Shown here one piece after another: positions 61,829-64,000 of a stretch of 64,000 nt of DNA. The notes below the pieces were generated by a model. That model worked only from the letters and a program-made list of their open reading frames with translations, ran no database searches and was not told the origin of the DNA. Position numbers and translations under genes: made by a program. Every line of letters begins with the position of its first letter. Positions within the stretch are counted from its first letter, which is position 1. The stretch is from Felis catus (taxonomy: Eukaryota), in assembly GCF_018350175.1 (NCBI RefSeq), contig NC_058380.1:73346001-73410000 (forward strand), in the 5' to 3' direction.

Positions 61829-62198
61829 CTGAAAAAAAAAAAAAAAAAAAAGACAAAAGGGTTTCAGGGGCCGTCAGACCCCCTCTTGCCGCCTATGGGG
61901 TGGGTGGAAAAGGGGCACCAGAGGTGGTACGGAAAAGCCTAGATCTCAGATGCAGGGATTTTTTTGTGACGTGGTCAAGTCCCTCCCTTCCCCGTACAAA
62001 AGGGTTAAAGCAAAGCAATTTTGTTGCTTTAGTTTGCTTCAGACCTTGCAACAACTGGATGAGGGCTGAACTTCCCCGCACGGGGGTAGGACACGATTAC
62101 TGGGGTCTGGGCCCCAGGCCGCGGACTCCGGGGGCAGGTCTCTGCGACCCCCTTACGCCTAAACCCAGCTAGGTTCTGGCTAGCTCAGCTTGCCTCAC

Positions 62199-62284
62199 CA
62201 GGAAGTGGCGTACAGCACGAAGACGCTGGCGGCGCGGGAGATGGCGCTGCGGGCCTCCTTGGAGATGTTGACACCGTCCGGGAG
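62199..62284 (-). CDS. POLE3: POLE3 coding exon 2
   Basis: [28 protein letters not shown](C); 86 nt. Confidence 0.96.
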
Positions 62285-62386
62285 CTGGAAAAAGAACGTG
62301 GGTAAATAAAGCTGCCGGCCCAGGACCTGCTTCCTCTGCTGCCCGGTCGTCCGGCCCTGGCCCATCCGCCCGCCGAAGCTGCTCAC

Positions 62387-62452
62387 CGCCTCCTTGATGA
62401 TCCTGGTGATGACGGCATTGGGCAGGTTTAGGTCCTCGGGCCTCTCCGCCAT
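62387..62452 (-). CDS. POLE3: POLE3 coding exon 1
   Basis: [22 protein letters not shown]; Kozak GCAATGG; donor GCG|GTGAGC; 66 nt. Confidence 0.96.
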
Positions 62453-63330
62453 TGCCGCCACCGGCGCCCGCACCTCGGTCTCAAGCGTCTTCTTCAGGCC
62501 GCTACGGCGTCCGGACTTCCCGCGTCCCCGCAGTCTGACCCAAAGAGGCTTCCGTCCCGCCCCACGTTGCCCACACGGTGTCCCACAGTGCCCCGCGCGC
62601 CATAGCCTCCCTCCTCACCCAGCCCCGCCTCCGCCTCCGCCTCGAGTCGTCCAAGGATCCGAACTTTCCACGCCGCTACGGTTTTGGCCCGCCCGGGCTT
62701 CCGTCCGACCCCACGGGGACTCAGGGTCCCTTCCCATGCTCGTTTCTCTGCTTCACACCACCACCACGTCTGGAGCCTTCTCATCGGATCAAGTATGGCT
62801 CACTGGAGCTTCCGTCCCTTTCCCACAGTGCTCTGTGCCGCTGCCTGGCAACGGCGCTGCCTGGCGGCTAGAGTGGGAGACCGAGGCTAGGACCGAGCGG
62901 ACGGGGCGGGGCTCCTCTTCCAACGGAAGGCGGGGCCTGGAGGGCGGAGCCCCGCCTCTTCCACCTGGCCTCTGCAGGGGGCCGGTTTTCGGAGTGCGCT
63001 ACTGCGTCCCGGCAGTTTGGCGTGGCTTTTGGTAGCGCGGCCTTCCGAGGCCAGACTTTCCCACTTCCCTTTTGCGCAACGAAGCGGGTATCTTTTTTCG
63101 ATTCTACGGGACCTGATGTCCATCTTTAATCTTTTCACCCCTCCCAACTTTGTAATCGCATTAAGGATGTTTGTCGCCTAGAATTGTTGAACGCAGACTT
63201 CTTTGCCAGTACAGCCCTAACGCTGGCGACATAGAAATGGGCATGACTAGACCTCGGGCCTCAGTTCGGGCTTGTCAGGTAACGAAAGGGCAGTAAGCAG
63301 CCGGTGTAAGAATAACGCGACAGTGCCTTC
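62453..63330. promoter_or_regulatory. Bidirectional CpG-island promoter of POLE3 and the downstream gene (C9orf43 by synteny)
   Basis: CpG island with repeated ETS cores (CTTCCG), GC boxes and X-box GCTGCCTGGCAAC 62840-62852. Candidate plus-strand donors CAG|GTAACG (~63278) and CA|GTAAGC (~63292); candidate POLE3 5'UTR intron 62535-62618. No C9orf43 coding sequence recognised in the window. Confidence 0.7.
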
Positions 63331-64000
63331 CATTCAAAACCAAACCCTGTTAAAATTGTATTTATTTTTTAGTTCATTGAATTGAGGATCATACATCTTT
63401 CCCAGTCAAACACATTACCATGGTTTTGCAGTGGTTTCTAAGTTGTATCATTTTCATGTACGTAGAAACTGTCCTCGTTCCCACTGAGCACCAATGGTTT
63501 TTTTCCCTTGAAACATGCTCTCACGTCACCCTTAATGTTCCTGCTTTAATATATATATACATTTATTTTGAGTAATCGCTACAGGCAACCTAGGGCTCAG
63601 GCTTAGGATGGGAGATTGAGAGTCGCATGTTCTACCGACTGAGCCAGCCAGGCATCCCAATTTTCCAGCTTTTGACAGAGACATGAGCGTGGAGATCTAC
63701 TTCCTTATCATGAGAAAAACAAGAGCAACTGCAATGATAAAGGGCAACGGAAGTAGCATTGGTTAGAGATTATAGGGCTTGGTGGCTGACCTCTCCATCT
63801 GGATAGAACAATAGGTCTGGTTTAAAGTTACCAGGAGACGCTTAGCTCCATCCAATTGCTATCTAGTCAGAATTGGGACCACCGTGTTGTCAAGTATTTT
63901 GATCTTTAAGAGGAACCAGAAATCTGAACATTGTGGACTATTTCCATTTATTTATTTTTTTTAATTTTTTTTTAACGTTTATTTATTTCTGAGACAGAGA

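Noticed and set aside
62394-63035. 213-aa plus-strand ORF as a possible C9orf43 CDS
   Set aside because: It begins antisense to POLE3 coding exon 1, is GC-island-derived and does not resemble the C9orf43 N-terminus as I recall it; the coding exons probably lie beyond the window.

Overview
Mammalian genomic DNA from a felid, judged by dozens of tRNA-derived carnivore SINEs of the SINEC_Fc type. Four short N gaps point to a draft assembly. The window is the conserved block equivalent to human 9q32. From left to right it holds a probable WDR31 promoter CpG island (minus strand, ~2.3-2.8 kb; assigned by synteny and RFX motifs only) and four complete genes. BSPRY is on + with 6 coding exons (10010-30124, 394 aa). 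HDHD3 is on - with one coding exon (33284-34033, 249 aa). ALAD is on - with 11 coding exons (44992-49971, 330 aa) and non-coding exon 1A at ~55.7 kb. POLE3 is on - with 4 coding exons (61272-62452, 147 aa). The window ends in the POLE3/C9orf43 bidirectional promoter. Every splice junction I traced is GT-AG and keeps the frame. The rest is SINE, L1, L2, MIR, MLT and MER repeats plus one solo LTR. I found no evidence for an undescribed gene system, and almost all other ORFs in the track are SINE, microsatellite or antisense artefacts. The best leads are regulatory: a perfect two-decamer p53-family element made by tandem duplication, a solo LTR pointing at the WDR31 promoter, paired RFX boxes, a palindromic ZEB/Snail site at BSPRY, a 26-nt NAGNAG microexon, candidate erythroid ALAD exon 1B promoters, a G-quadruplex just before ALAD exon 2, and Asn59 in ALAD. 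Repeat family names and human comparisons come from recall of consensus or orthologous sequences, not from database searches.
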